Positions 10,632-19,220 of a DNA stretch of 50,125 bases are shown here, in pieces. Source of the DNA: Candidatus Melainabacteria bacterium RIFOXYA2_FULL_32_9. Its GTDB lineage: Bacteria > Cyanobacteriota > Vampirovibrionia > Gastranaerophilales > UBA9579. The DNA lies in NCBI GenBank assembly GCA_001784615.1, contig MFRQ01000153.1:1-50125 (forward strand), given 5' to 3'. A model generated the notes under the pieces. It worked only from the letters and a program-made list of their open reading frames with translations, was not told where the DNA came from and ran no database searches. Positions within the stretch are counted from its first letter, which is position 1. Each line of letters opens with the position of its first letter. The position numbers were made by a program, and so were the translations under genes.

Positions 10632-11105
10632 TTAATCCTTATATCCTAATGGATCAAGAATTTCCTGATTAATTTTTAGTTCTTCAAGTGTTTTTACTAC
10701 TGCTTCTTTTGGAACATTCCAAAGTTCTTTTAAAATTTCTCCGTAATATGGAATTAAGGATTTTTTAGGAGTGACCTGAGTAGCCATTAAAATAGCTTTT
10801 ATGTTTTCAGGAGTTCCTTTAATGTTTTCCCACTTTATATGGGCATATAATGCGTTAGTATCACCCCATAAGCTATTTTCTACTTCTTTTAAAAATTGCT
10901 TATCAGCTCCACTTTTAAGAAGCTCTTTCATCTCTTTGCTATCACCAAATAAATCGCCAAAAAAACCCTTAAAATTAACCTTATCCTGATTTAAACAAAC
11001 TGTGTCCTGGCTTAACTGCGTTAATTTAGGCATGCCATTTTGACGCTTGCTTTGCGCTTTATTTATTATTCTGCCAAATCTTAAAACATCATCATTAAAT
11101 ATCAT
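10632..11105 (-). CDS. hypothetical protein, tandem paralog 2
   Basis: The track start 11150 is TTG. ATG 11105 preceded by AAGGA (8-nt spacer) gives 157 aa, matching the length of paralog 1. Shared blocks are VNFKGFFGDLFGDSKEMKELLKSGADKQFLKE and VVKTLEELKINQEIL. Confidence 0.6.
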   Translation of the reverse strand: MIFNDDVLRFGRIINKAQSKRQNGMPKLTQLSQDTVCLNQDKVNFKGFFGDLFGDSKEMKELLKSGADKQFLKEVENSLWGDTNALYAHIKWENIKGTPENIKAILMATQVTPKKSLIPYYGEILKELWNVPKEAVVKTLEELKINQEILDPLGYKD

Positions 11106-11360
11106 TTTCAGAATCCTTATTATATATGTATTCGAATATATTAAATCCAAACCAATAATTAAATTGCTAGACTTATATAAAAAAATAAGAAGTCTAGCCA
11201 GTAGGGCTAGGACAATTTACCACTTAATATTAAAAGAAATTGTAATAATCAACGAATTAAATAGTTAGATAGATATATTCTAAACCAGCAATTATGCTAA
11301 AAACCCTGAAATATGCCTACTCAAATATCGAACCTTTTTAACACAAAACTACTATGATTA

Positions 11361-11481
11361 AGATCCTATCCGAGAATTCAAAAAATAATGCTTAGAGATT
11401 GCTTCACAAGATAAATTTTAAAAAATATCCCTGCTGAAAGGTTCGCAATGACAGCAAAAACTTATTTGTCAGATAGGATCT
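11361..11481. mobile_element. MITE-like 121-bp element with 10-bp terminal inverted repeats
   Basis: AGATCCTATC (11361-11370) and GATAGGATCT (11472-11481) flank a body that recurs at 19131-19212, 26079-26172 and 47895-47957. Confidence 0.5.
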
Positions 11482-11488
11482 AAGTAAA

Positions 11489-11520
11489 AACCGTTTTAAT
11501 CTATTAAAATCAAAACGGTT
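11489..11520 (-). terminator. hairpin at 3' end of acetyltransferase gene
   Basis: AACCGTTTT (11489-11497) pairs with AAAACGGTT (11512-11520). Only a short T run (about 3 nt) lies beyond the stem on the minus strand. Confidence 0.45.
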
Positions 11521-12247
11521 AAGAACTAATCTGCTTTTTAGCAATATAATCCTGTTTAATACGTTTAATATCTCTATTTAAACGCCTGACAATTCTCCTA
11601 AAGAGATTTTTTCTCATCTTTTTTGCAGGAACCCCTACCACAGTTATACCATCAGGAACATCATTGACCACAACTGCTCCTGCTCCTACAATACAATTTC
11701 GCCCAAGATTTTTAGTGCGTAAAATAGTTGCCCCAGCCCCAATAAATGCCCCATCTTTTATAACCAGAGAACTCCCAACTGTACAACCTGGAGATATAGA
11801 AACATAATCTTCAAGTATTGTATCATGACTAACTATACAATATGGGCGGATTGTAACAAAATTACCTATATTTACCCTAGTGCCAATATTACAACCTTCT
11901 TCTATTAAAGATCCAAGACCAACTTCACTATGAATTATGTCTACTGCTGGATGGATAAGCGTTGGAATTTTACAACCATAAAACTCAAATAAGTTTATTC
12001 TTCTCTTAAATTCAGATAAAGAACCAAAATAATTACTAAAAAAATAAATGTTTTTATCCTTTTTAACTAAATCAGCTACTACTTCCCTGCCCCCTAAAAC
12101 AGGAATTCCTAAAATTAATTTTCCGTGTTTTTGCACGTTATCGTCAATAAATCCCAGTATCTCCCATTCAGGATTTACACGATTAATTGCATTAATAAGT
12201 TTAACTATATCTGGATAAACGGTTCCATAAATTACTAATTTCTTCAA
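11519..12247 (-). CDS. NeuD/PglD-family sugar O/N-acyltransferase (left-handed beta-helix)
   Basis: N-terminal KKLVIYG...ILGFIDDN Rossmann-like part. C-terminal hexapeptide repeats IGNFVTIRPYCIVSHDTILEDYVSISPGCTVGSSLVIKDGAFIGAGATI. TTG 12247 with AGGAG 8 nt upstream is preferred over the track ATG at 12286. Confidence 0.75.
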   Translation of the reverse strand: MKKLVIYGTVYPDIVKLINAINRVNPEWEILGFIDDNVQKHGKLILGIPVLGGREVVADLVKKDKNIYFFSNYFGSLSEFKRRINLFEFYGCKIPTLIHPAVDIIHSEVGLGSLIEEGCNIGTRVNIGNFVTIRPYCIVSHDTILEDYVSISPGCTVGSSLVIKDGAFIGAGATILRTKNLGRNCIVGAGAVVVNDVPDGITVVGVPAKKMRKNLFRRIVRRLNRDIKRIKQDYIAKKQISS

Positions 12248-12484
12248 CCAAATCACTCCTATGCATAAATTATCATTTTCTATCATTATTTATCACAATT
12301 TTCCTACAAGCATAATCCTATAATATAACTAGCCCAACATATTACTCGTTTATTACAGACAGAATAAAGAAAAATCAGCAAAAACAGACTTTTATTCAGA
12401 GTAAACTTAAATTACTATTGAATAATATTTCTGGAAGTATTAGATTATTATAGGAATCCGTTAATTTAAATAAGTGAAAATAAT

Positions 12485-13156
12485 ATGGAATTAAGTTTAA
12501 AAAAATCTGAAAATATACTGGTATGCAACCACCCTATCGCTCTTCATAATTTAACTGTTATGAGGGATAAAAACACTACTGCAGAACTTTTTAGAAATGC
12601 AACAAGAAGATTGGCTCAAATATTATTTTTAAATGCTACAGATAACCTGCCAATTATTAATAAAATCGTTGAAACCCCATTAGTAGAGACTCAAGCAGAT
12701 ATAATTGATCCTGATTCAGAAGTTATTGTTGCACCAATCCTACGAGCCGGATTGGTTTTTTCAGAAATTGCCAGCGAGCTTTTACCAAATGCAAGAGTTC
12801 ATCATATCGGACTATATAGAGATGAAAAAACTTTAAAACCTGTCTCTTATTATAATAATTTACCAGAAAGTTTTAATAATCCTGAAGATACTTTCATTTA
12901 CCTGCTTGACCCAATGCTTGCAACAGGTGGTTCAGCAATTGCAGCAATTAAACTATTTACCGATCTGAATATCAAAGAAGAAAATATCAGGTTTATATGC
13001 CTGATAAGCGCACCTGAAGGAATAAGCAGGTTACATTCAAAATTTCCAAGTGTAAAAATAATTACAGCCTGTATAGACAGTAACCTCAATGAATTTGGTT
13101 ATATTCTCCCTGGACTTGGTGATGCAGGAGATAGAACTTTTAATACTACGTATTAA
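12485..13156 (+). CDS. upp: uracil phosphoribosyltransferase
   Basis: LDPMLATGGSA PRPP loop and ILPGLGDAGDR C-terminal motif. Confidence 0.9.
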   Translation: MELSLKKSENILVCNHPIALHNLTVMRDKNTTAELFRNATRRLAQILFLNATDNLPIINKIVETPLVETQADIIDPDSEVIVAPILRAGLVFSEIASELLPNARVHHIGLYRDEKTLKPVSYYNNLPESFNNPEDTFIYLLDPMLATGGSAIAAIKLFTDLNIKEENIRFICLISAPEGISRLHSKFPSVKIITACIDSNLNEFGYILPGLGDAGDRTFNTTY

Positions 13157-13286
13157 TTAACTTACATTAATTACCCAAATTGCTTATATATTGGAATCTC
13201 CTCATATAATAGGACAAATAGCCAATGTGTGAGCAATATTTATATGCCATGAATTAATTTGAGTTCCAATATCAGGAATATTTTTT

Positions 13287-13946
13287 ATGGATAATTACAA
13301 GATTTATGAATCAAGAGAAAAGGCAGGCGAAGTTTTAGCTGAAGAAATAAGCAAGTTAAATCTTCAAAAACCTTATTTATTAGCTATTCCCAGGGGAGGA
13401 ATTCAAGTAGCTGAGGCAATTGCAGATAAACTCAAAATTCACATTGATCCGATAATAGTAAAAAAACTTCCCGTTCCAGGTAATCCCGAAGCAGGATTTG
13501 GAGCAATAACAGCTGATGGAAAAAGGGTAATAGACGAAGAAACCGTATCTTATCTTGGTCTTTCAGAAGACCAAATAAATAGAATAGCAAACAATGTAAT
13601 GCAAGAAATACATCATAGAATAGAGGTTTATGGGGACATAAATCAGAAAAAAGTAGAATCATCAGATGTAATAATTGTTGATGACGGAGTTGCAACAGGT
13701 TATTCATTAATTGCAGCTATAAAGAGCATAAAAGACATGCGGCCAAATTCAGTTACAGCGGCAATACCGGTAAGTTCAGGAAGTGCTTACGAAAAATTTT
13801 CAAGGCTTACTGATCATGTGATCTGTCCATTAATTGAACGCACTTATTTCTTTGCCGTGGGCAATTATTACCGTGAATGGTACGACTTAACTGAGGAAGA
13901 GATAAAAAGCATTTTAAAAAAATATCGAGATAAATATCAATCATAA
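13287..13946 (+). CDS. type I phosphoribosyltransferase-family protein
   Basis: VIIVDDGVATG PRPP-binding loop. 219 aa. Substrate not inferable. Confidence 0.7.
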   Translation: MDNYKIYESREKAGEVLAEEISKLNLQKPYLLAIPRGGIQVAEAIADKLKIHIDPIIVKKLPVPGNPEAGFGAITADGKRVIDEETVSYLGLSEDQINRIANNVMQEIHHRIEVYGDINQKKVESSDVIIVDDGVATGYSLIAAIKSIKDMRPNSVTAAIPVSSGSAYEKFSRLTDHVICPLIERTYFFAVGNYYREWYDLTEEEIKSILKKYRDKYQS

Positions 13947-13975
13947 AAAAAAAGGGTTAACTTAAGAGCTAACCC
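13945..13975 (-). terminator. rho-independent terminator downstream of flagellin genes
   Basis: On the minus strand, GGGTTAGC/GTTAACCC imperfect stem (13954-13975) followed by a 9-nt T run (rc of A run 13945-13953). Confidence 0.55.
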
Positions 13976-14075
13976 AGTTTACAGGGAGAGTGTTTTTTAT
14001 TGGGATAGGTTATTTGTTGAAAAAACCACTATAAATTTTTCTTTATACTCTCTCAATATTTTTTATCTTGTTATT

Positions 14076-14918
14076 TTATCTCATTAACGATAATGCTAAT
14101 TGCGGAATTTGATTTGCCTGAGATAAAACTGTTGCAGAAGCTTGTTGAAGTATTTGGCTCTTAACCATACCAGCAGTTTCTTTTGCTATATCTAAGTCAC
14201 GGATCCTAGATTCAGATGCCTGAACATTTTCATTCAATATGGCAAGGTTTTCTAATGTACTTTCTAATCTGCCTTGTAAAGCACCTACACTTGACCTTCT
14301 ACTTGTTATTGAAGTAATAGCTGTATCTAATACACCGATATAACTTCTAATTAGAGTTGATGTCCAAGCACCACCGGCTATGGCTATAGTAACTCCGATT
14401 GTTGAGGCTTGTGAATCTGTTAAGACACTAGCAATACTTATCGTATTAGTTGATGCTGTTGAATTTGCTCCAACTTGAAGTGTGGAACTTGCTGTTGTAC
14501 CATCCAGCAAGAATATGTTATTAAACTTGGTACTCTTGGCGATTCTGGTAATATCATCAATACGAGCAGTTATCTCTGACAATATAGCTGTTCTTTCAGT
14601 AGAACCATTAGTATCGTTAGCAGCTTGAATACAGAGTTCCCTCATCCTCTGAAGGTTTTCGTTTATCACTGTGAGCCCACCTTCAGCAATCTGGAGCATA
14701 CTAATACCATCCTGAACATTACTGGTTGCTCTTGCGTTACCACGAATCTGACCTCTTAATGATTCTGAAATTGATAATCCTGCTGCATCATCCGCTGCTC
14801 TGTTAATTCTGTAACCTGAAGACAATTTTTCAATGGACTTTGTTAAACTAACCGTGTTTTTGTTTAAATTTCTTTGGGCAATTAAAGATGCAATGTTGTT
14901 GTTAACTGTTAATGACAT
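14076..14918 (-). CDS. flagellin (short, about 280 aa)
   Basis: N-terminal INRAADDAAGLSISESLRGQIRG and QDGISMLQIAEGGL. C-terminal AKETAGMVKSQILQQASATVLSQANQIPQLALSLM. AAGGAGAG SD. Confidence 0.92.
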   Translation of the reverse strand: MSLTVNNNIASLIAQRNLNKNTVSLTKSIEKLSSGYRINRAADDAAGLSISESLRGQIRGNARATSNVQDGISMLQIAEGGLTVINENLQRMRELCIQAANDTNGSTERTAILSEITARIDDITRIAKSTKFNNIFLLDGTTASSTLQVGANSTASTNTISIASVLTDSQASTIGVTIAIAGGAWTSTLIRSYIGVLDTAITSITSRRSSVGALQGRLESTLENLAILNENVQASESRIRDLDIAKETAGMVKSQILQQASATVLSQANQIPQLALSLMR

Positions 14919-15076
14919 GATTCACTCTCCTTGTATTTACCATAAGTTCCCTCTAAATAATTTATGTTCTTTAATTAATGACTTTAATTTTGGATAAACT
15001 AGAATTAGTTTTTATTGAGTAATAAATCATATTAATAATTTATGTGTTTAGCTCATCGTGTTATTGAAGTTTCTAA

Positions 15077-15922
15077 TTAACTTCTGAGTAATGATAATGC
15101 TAATTGCGGGATTTGATTGGCTTGGGAAAGCACGCTAGCAGATGCTTGTTGAAGTATTTGATTTTTAACCATATTAGCTGTCTCTTTAGCTATATCAAGA
15201 TCACGAATTCTGGATTCTGATGCCTGAATGTTCTCATTCATTACTGTAAGATTTTCTAATGTACTTTCTAATCTATTTTGTAAAGCACCTATATTTGATC
15301 TCTTTGTTGATATTGCGGTAATTGCTGAGTCTATTACTCCTAAATAGCTTCTAATTAAAGTTGAAGTCCATGCACCACCAGTTATAGCAATAGTAACTCC
15401 GATTGTTGATGATTGAGTATCTGTTAAAACACTAGCTACATCTATGGTATTGGTTGATACAGTTGAATTAGCACCAACTTGTAACTTTGTACTTGTAGCA
15501 GTACCATCAAGTACGGAAATATTATTAAATTTTGCACTCTTAGCAATTCTGGTAATATCATCAATACGTGCATTTAATTCTGCAAGAATTGAGGTTCTTT
15601 CAACTGAACCGTTAGTATCGTTAGCAGCTTGAATGCATAGTTCTCTTATTCTTTGAAGGTTCTCATTTATTACGGTAAGTCCACTTTCAGCAATCTGGAG
15701 CAGGTTAATACCATCTTGTACGTTACCGATTGCTTGTTTGTTACCTCTAATTTGACCTCTTAATGCTTCTGAAATTGATAATCCAGCTGCATCATCTGAT
15801 GCTCTGTTAATTCTGTAACCCGAAGATAATTTCTCAATGGATTTTGTTAAGTTAGATGTGTTTTTGTTCAAGTTTCTTTGTGCGATTAAAGATGCAACGT
15901 TGTTGTTGATAATAATTGACAT
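15077..15922 (-). CDS. flagellin paralog (short, about 281 aa)
   Basis: Same conserved N/C blocks. The track start 15931 is a GTG abutting the SD. ATG 15922 has AGGGAG 8 nt upstream. Confidence 0.92.
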   Translation of the reverse strand: MSIIINNNVASLIAQRNLNKNTSNLTKSIEKLSSGYRINRASDDAAGLSISEALRGQIRGNKQAIGNVQDGINLLQIAESGLTVINENLQRIRELCIQAANDTNGSVERTSILAELNARIDDITRIAKSAKFNNISVLDGTATSTKLQVGANSTVSTNTIDVASVLTDTQSSTIGVTIAITGGAWTSTLIRSYLGVIDSAITAISTKRSNIGALQNRLESTLENLTVMNENIQASESRIRDLDIAKETANMVKNQILQQASASVLSQANQIPQLALSLLRS

Positions 15923-16327
15923 AGTAAACACTCCCTGTATTCTTAAATTTACTTCCTTGTAAACTAAAATTTATACATAACAAACTAAAGCCAGTATCAC
16001 TGTCATTTTTTGTAAATTTGAAAACAAAAGTCCCTGTAATAATTAGCAGATACTAATCATTAAACTATTTTGATTGCTTAATTACCTTTCATAAATCCAT
16101 CCCGGACTTATCAGGTTAGCTTATTTCCTAAGCTTATTTATATTCAGTCATTTGATTAATCCATAAATCATTAGACTTTTATAAAGTAAGCTTAAAAAAC
16201 GTCGTAATTAAAAAACTGTAAAAACTTTCATATTTAAACCCTCCCGGAAATCCTCGTTATCAATAAATATAAGTTTATTGAGTCTCTCCCTTTTACTTAT
16301 TTAGTTGTTTTTCACTCTCTACATTTA

Positions 16328-16354
16328 ATATCGGTTCACCTTAAAAAAACTTTA
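16328..16354 (-). promoter_or_regulatory. sigma-28 (FliA/SigD)-type promoter
   Basis: rc reads TAAAGTTT (16347-16354), 11 nt, ACCGATAT (16328-16335), against consensus TAAA-N15-GCCGATAT. Points toward flagellin 15922, about 400 nt downstream. Confidence 0.6.
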
Positions 16355-16477
16355 ACAAATTTCATATTTAATCCTCTATATGGAGGAGAAGATATTTTTG
16401 TAATAAACTGAATAATATTGATTTTTCTTGATTACAGCCAATATGACTTTTACCTGAAAACCAGAGGAAATAAGCCA

Positions 16478-17227
16478 ATGCCTCAATTTTTTATATCTAG
16501 CGAAAACATAGTTAATAATAATATATTAATCACTTCAAAAAATGATATTAATCATATAGTAAATGTTTTAAGACTTAAAAAGGGCGATAAGCTTATTTTA
16601 ACTGATCCTGGATCATTAATATACGAAACAGAGATTTCTGAAATTAAGCCTAACTCAATAGAAACGATAATTTTAGATAAATACGAACCAACACGAAAAC
16701 TAAATATTGATATTACTCTTGCACAAAGCATTTTAAAATCGCAGAAACAAGATATAGTAATACAAAAAGCAACTGAACTTGGCGTAAACACCATTATTCC
16801 TTTTATCAGCCAAAATACAGTTGTAAAACTGGAATCAGAAAAAGATAAGAATCAGAAGATACAAAGATGGCAAAAAATCGCTTATGAATCTTCAAAACAA
16901 TGTCAGAGAGTTACTATCCCAGAAATTAGTCAGATTATTAGCATAAACGAGTTAATTGAATTAAACAATTTTGATGTTAAGCTTGTTTGTGCAGAAAAAG
17001 ACGCTCAATTTTCTATTAAAAAGCTTTTATTGCAAAATAAAGAAAATATTATAAAGAATTCCAGAATACTGGTTATTATCGGCCCTGAAGGGGGTTGGGA
17101 TGATAAAGAACTACAATTATTCAGGTCAAAAAACATCACTTTAGTAAGCCTTGGCAATTTAATCCTAAGAGCCGAAACAGCATCAATAACTGCAATATCG
17201 GATATAATCTATGAATATGAACTCTGA
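16478..17227 (+). CDS. rsmE: 16S rRNA (uracil1498-N3)-methyltransferase
   Basis: The track start 16418 is TTG. ATG 16478 (MPQFFISSENI) follows AGAGGAAA. C-terminal IIGPEGGW and LRAETA SPOUT blocks. Confidence 0.85.
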   Translation: MPQFFISSENIVNNNILITSKNDINHIVNVLRLKKGDKLILTDPGSLIYETEISEIKPNSIETIILDKYEPTRKLNIDITLAQSILKSQKQDIVIQKATELGVNTIIPFISQNTVVKLESEKDKNQKIQRWQKIAYESSKQCQRVTIPEISQIISINELIELNNFDVKLVCAEKDAQFSIKKLLLQNKENIIKNSRILVIIGPEGGWDDKELQLFRSKNITLVSLGNLILRAETASITAISDIIYEYEL

Positions 17228-18656
17228 TAACATTGTTAATAATATTGAAAATGAGGTAATAAACAAGATTCTGGTGAGCTTATGCTCAGAAAATACAGAA
17301 TTATATCTTGTTGGTGGATATATTCGAGACTTAATACTTGATCGTCGTGGTTATGACAGAGATTATGCAATTAAAGGTGAAAGTGCAGCTGAATTTGCCA
17401 AAAAAGCTGCTGAGTTTTTCAACGGATATTATGTTTTACTGGATAAAGACTTTGATATAGCAAGAGTCATCATGCCTGACAAGAAGAATACCCTTGATTT
17501 TGCAAGTTGTGTAAAACAGGATATATATGAGGATTTAGCAAGAAGAGATTATACGATAAATGCAATAGCCTACAGGATAGATGGAGAAAAATCAGGACTT
17601 ATAGACCCGCACAATGGTGCAAATGACATAAATAATAAGATTATTAGGGCAATATCAGAGCAAAATCTTATAGATGATCCTCTTAGATTGTTAAGAGCAT
17701 TCAGATTCGCAGCTCAGCTGAATTTTAACATTGAAGATAAAACGCTAAATTACATAAAAACTCATAAATCTTTGATCAATCGTGTCTCAGTAGAAAGGAT
17801 CAATGTAGAGCTGGTTAAACTTTTTGAGTCAAATCATACAGCTGTTAATCTGGATTTAATGAAGAATATTGAATTCTTAGATGAAATCCTGCCAGAAATC
17901 AGCATTCAGAGAAAAATCCCACCAAATTTACACCATCATCTAGGTCTTCTTGATCATTCAATTGAAACAGTAAAACAACTGGAAATAAATGTACAAGACA
18001 TGCCAGAGTGGGTAAAAGAGCGTTTAAATCAGGAACCCGCTGCTAATATTAAGCTGGTTTCATTGTTAAAAATAGCAGGACTGCTTCATGATATAGGAAA
18101 ACCTTCCACCTGGCAGATTGATGAACTTGGAAGGCATAGATTCATAAAACATGAAGAAATAGGAGCAGAACAGGCTGTAGACATTTTAAAACGTCTAAGA
18201 TTCAGCAAAAACTCGATAAAATATATGACAAAGATAATAAAATATCATCTTTACCCTTCACAGCTATTAAAATCTGATGAGGAAGTCACAGAAAAAGCTA
18301 TTTTAAGAATGTTTAGAAAAATTGGTGAAGAGACCCCGGAAATTCTTCTTATAGCTATGGCAGACAGGTTAAGCGCAAGAGGGCCTGAAATTACAGAGAA
18401 TATCGTAAATAACAATATTAAAGGTCTATACTGGCTTCTTGAAAAATACAAAGAATCTCTTGAAAAGGAAGAAGCGCTTCCAAAGTTATTAAGTGGCCAT
18501 GAGGTTATGGAAATCTTGGATTTACCAAGAGGAACTGAAGTAGGAAGAGTATTAAAAGCACTCAAAGAAGCTCAAATTTCAGGTGATGTAAATACAAAAG
18601 AAGAAGCAATAAATTTCGCAAAAGGATACGAATACAAAAAGAAAGAGACTGAATAA
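17211..18656 (+). CDS. cca: CCA-adding enzyme / poly(A) polymerase-family nucleotidyltransferase with HD domain
   Basis: GGYIRDLILDRRGYDRDYA head motif, RDYTINA, and LLHDIGKP HD block. Overlaps rsmE by 17 nt. Confidence 0.8.
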   Translation: MNMNSDNIVNNIENEVINKILVSLCSENTELYLVGGYIRDLILDRRGYDRDYAIKGESAAEFAKKAAEFFNGYYVLLDKDFDIARVIMPDKKNTLDFASCVKQDIYEDLARRDYTINAIAYRIDGEKSGLIDPHNGANDINNKIIRAISEQNLIDDPLRLLRAFRFAAQLNFNIEDKTLNYIKTHKSLINRVSVERINVELVKLFESNHTAVNLDLMKNIEFLDEILPEISIQRKIPPNLHHHLGLLDHSIETVKQLEINVQDMPEWVKERLNQEPAANIKLVSLLKIAGLLHDIGKPSTWQIDELGRHRFIKHEEIGAEQAVDILKRLRFSKNSIKYMTKIIKYHLYPSQLLKSDEEVTEKAILRMFRKIGEETPEILLIAMADRLSARGPEITENIVNNNIKGLYWLLEKYKESLEKEEALPKLLSGHEVMEILDLPRGTEVGRVLKALKEAQISGDVNTKEEAINFAKGYEYKKKETE

Positions 18657-18710
18657 CAAGTTTTCTTCATTTGATTTTGCATAATACAGCTTATTAAGAG
18701 CTTATCCGAC

Positions 18711-19212
18711 AAATAAATTAGGTGCTTGCCTAGAATAATATTTAATGATTGGTAATAGATTTCTAATATTTGCGGTATTTATAAAATTTTAAAATCGTCC
18801 AAACTGTCATTACAGGAGGCAGCTTTGCTGCACTATTAAAGTCTACAATCATAGTTTATTATCAAGATTGATGATTTTAGAAAAGTGACTGTGTCACCGT
18901 CTTTCCAATGTTCACTAGATAGATTGCCACGCCTGCGTTGCAGGCTCGCAATGACAGTGCATGTTATTAGAATGATTGATGACTTAAAAAAGTGACTCTG
19001 TTACTTTGCGGTGATAGTGCGTATTATTGGAAAGATTGATGGCTTAAGACAGTGCGAAGCACCTCGCAATGACATTCTTTATTATTAGTGTATTTTAACA
19101 TTTTCTAAGCAAGCACAATAAATTATTGCAGTCATTGCGAACCTTTTATTATGGATATTTTCTAAAATCGATCTTGTGAAGCAATCTCTAAGCATCATTT
19201 TTTGAATTCTCA
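18711..19212. repeat. cluster of modular GTCATTGCGAG-box intergenic repeats
   Basis: CTCGCAATGAC at 18946 and 19064, GTCATTGCGA at 19131. Three units of TATTATT..GATTGATG..short hairpin (GTGACTGTGTCAC, GTGCGAAGCAC). Flanked by inverted TGCTTGC(C/T)TAGAA. Confidence 0.8.
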
Positions 19213-19220
19213 AACATACT

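Noticed and set aside
12801-12840. Sigma-28-like boxes inside upp (rc TAAAGTTT...TCCGATAT). A second case lies inside the PRTase gene near 13425-13470 (TAAA...TCCGATAA).
   Set aside because: The spacer from TAAAGTTT to the -10 box in upp is 16 nt instead of the required 11, and the TAAA-to-TCCGATAA spacer in the PRTase gene is 17 nt instead of 15. Both lie inside coding sequence.
16201-16231. Second sigma-28 promoter (GAAAGTTT...AATTACGA) in the flagellin leader.
   Set aside because: The -10 region matches the GCCGATAA consensus at only 2 of 8 positions. It is probably a partial duplication of the real promoter region.
18800-19110. Possible CRISPR array, suggested by the repeated TATTATT..GATTGATG..GTGAC units.
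   Set aside because: The units are imperfect, in mixed modules, with irregular spacing and no unique spacers of constant length. The same modules are scattered singly at other loci. No cas genes are present.
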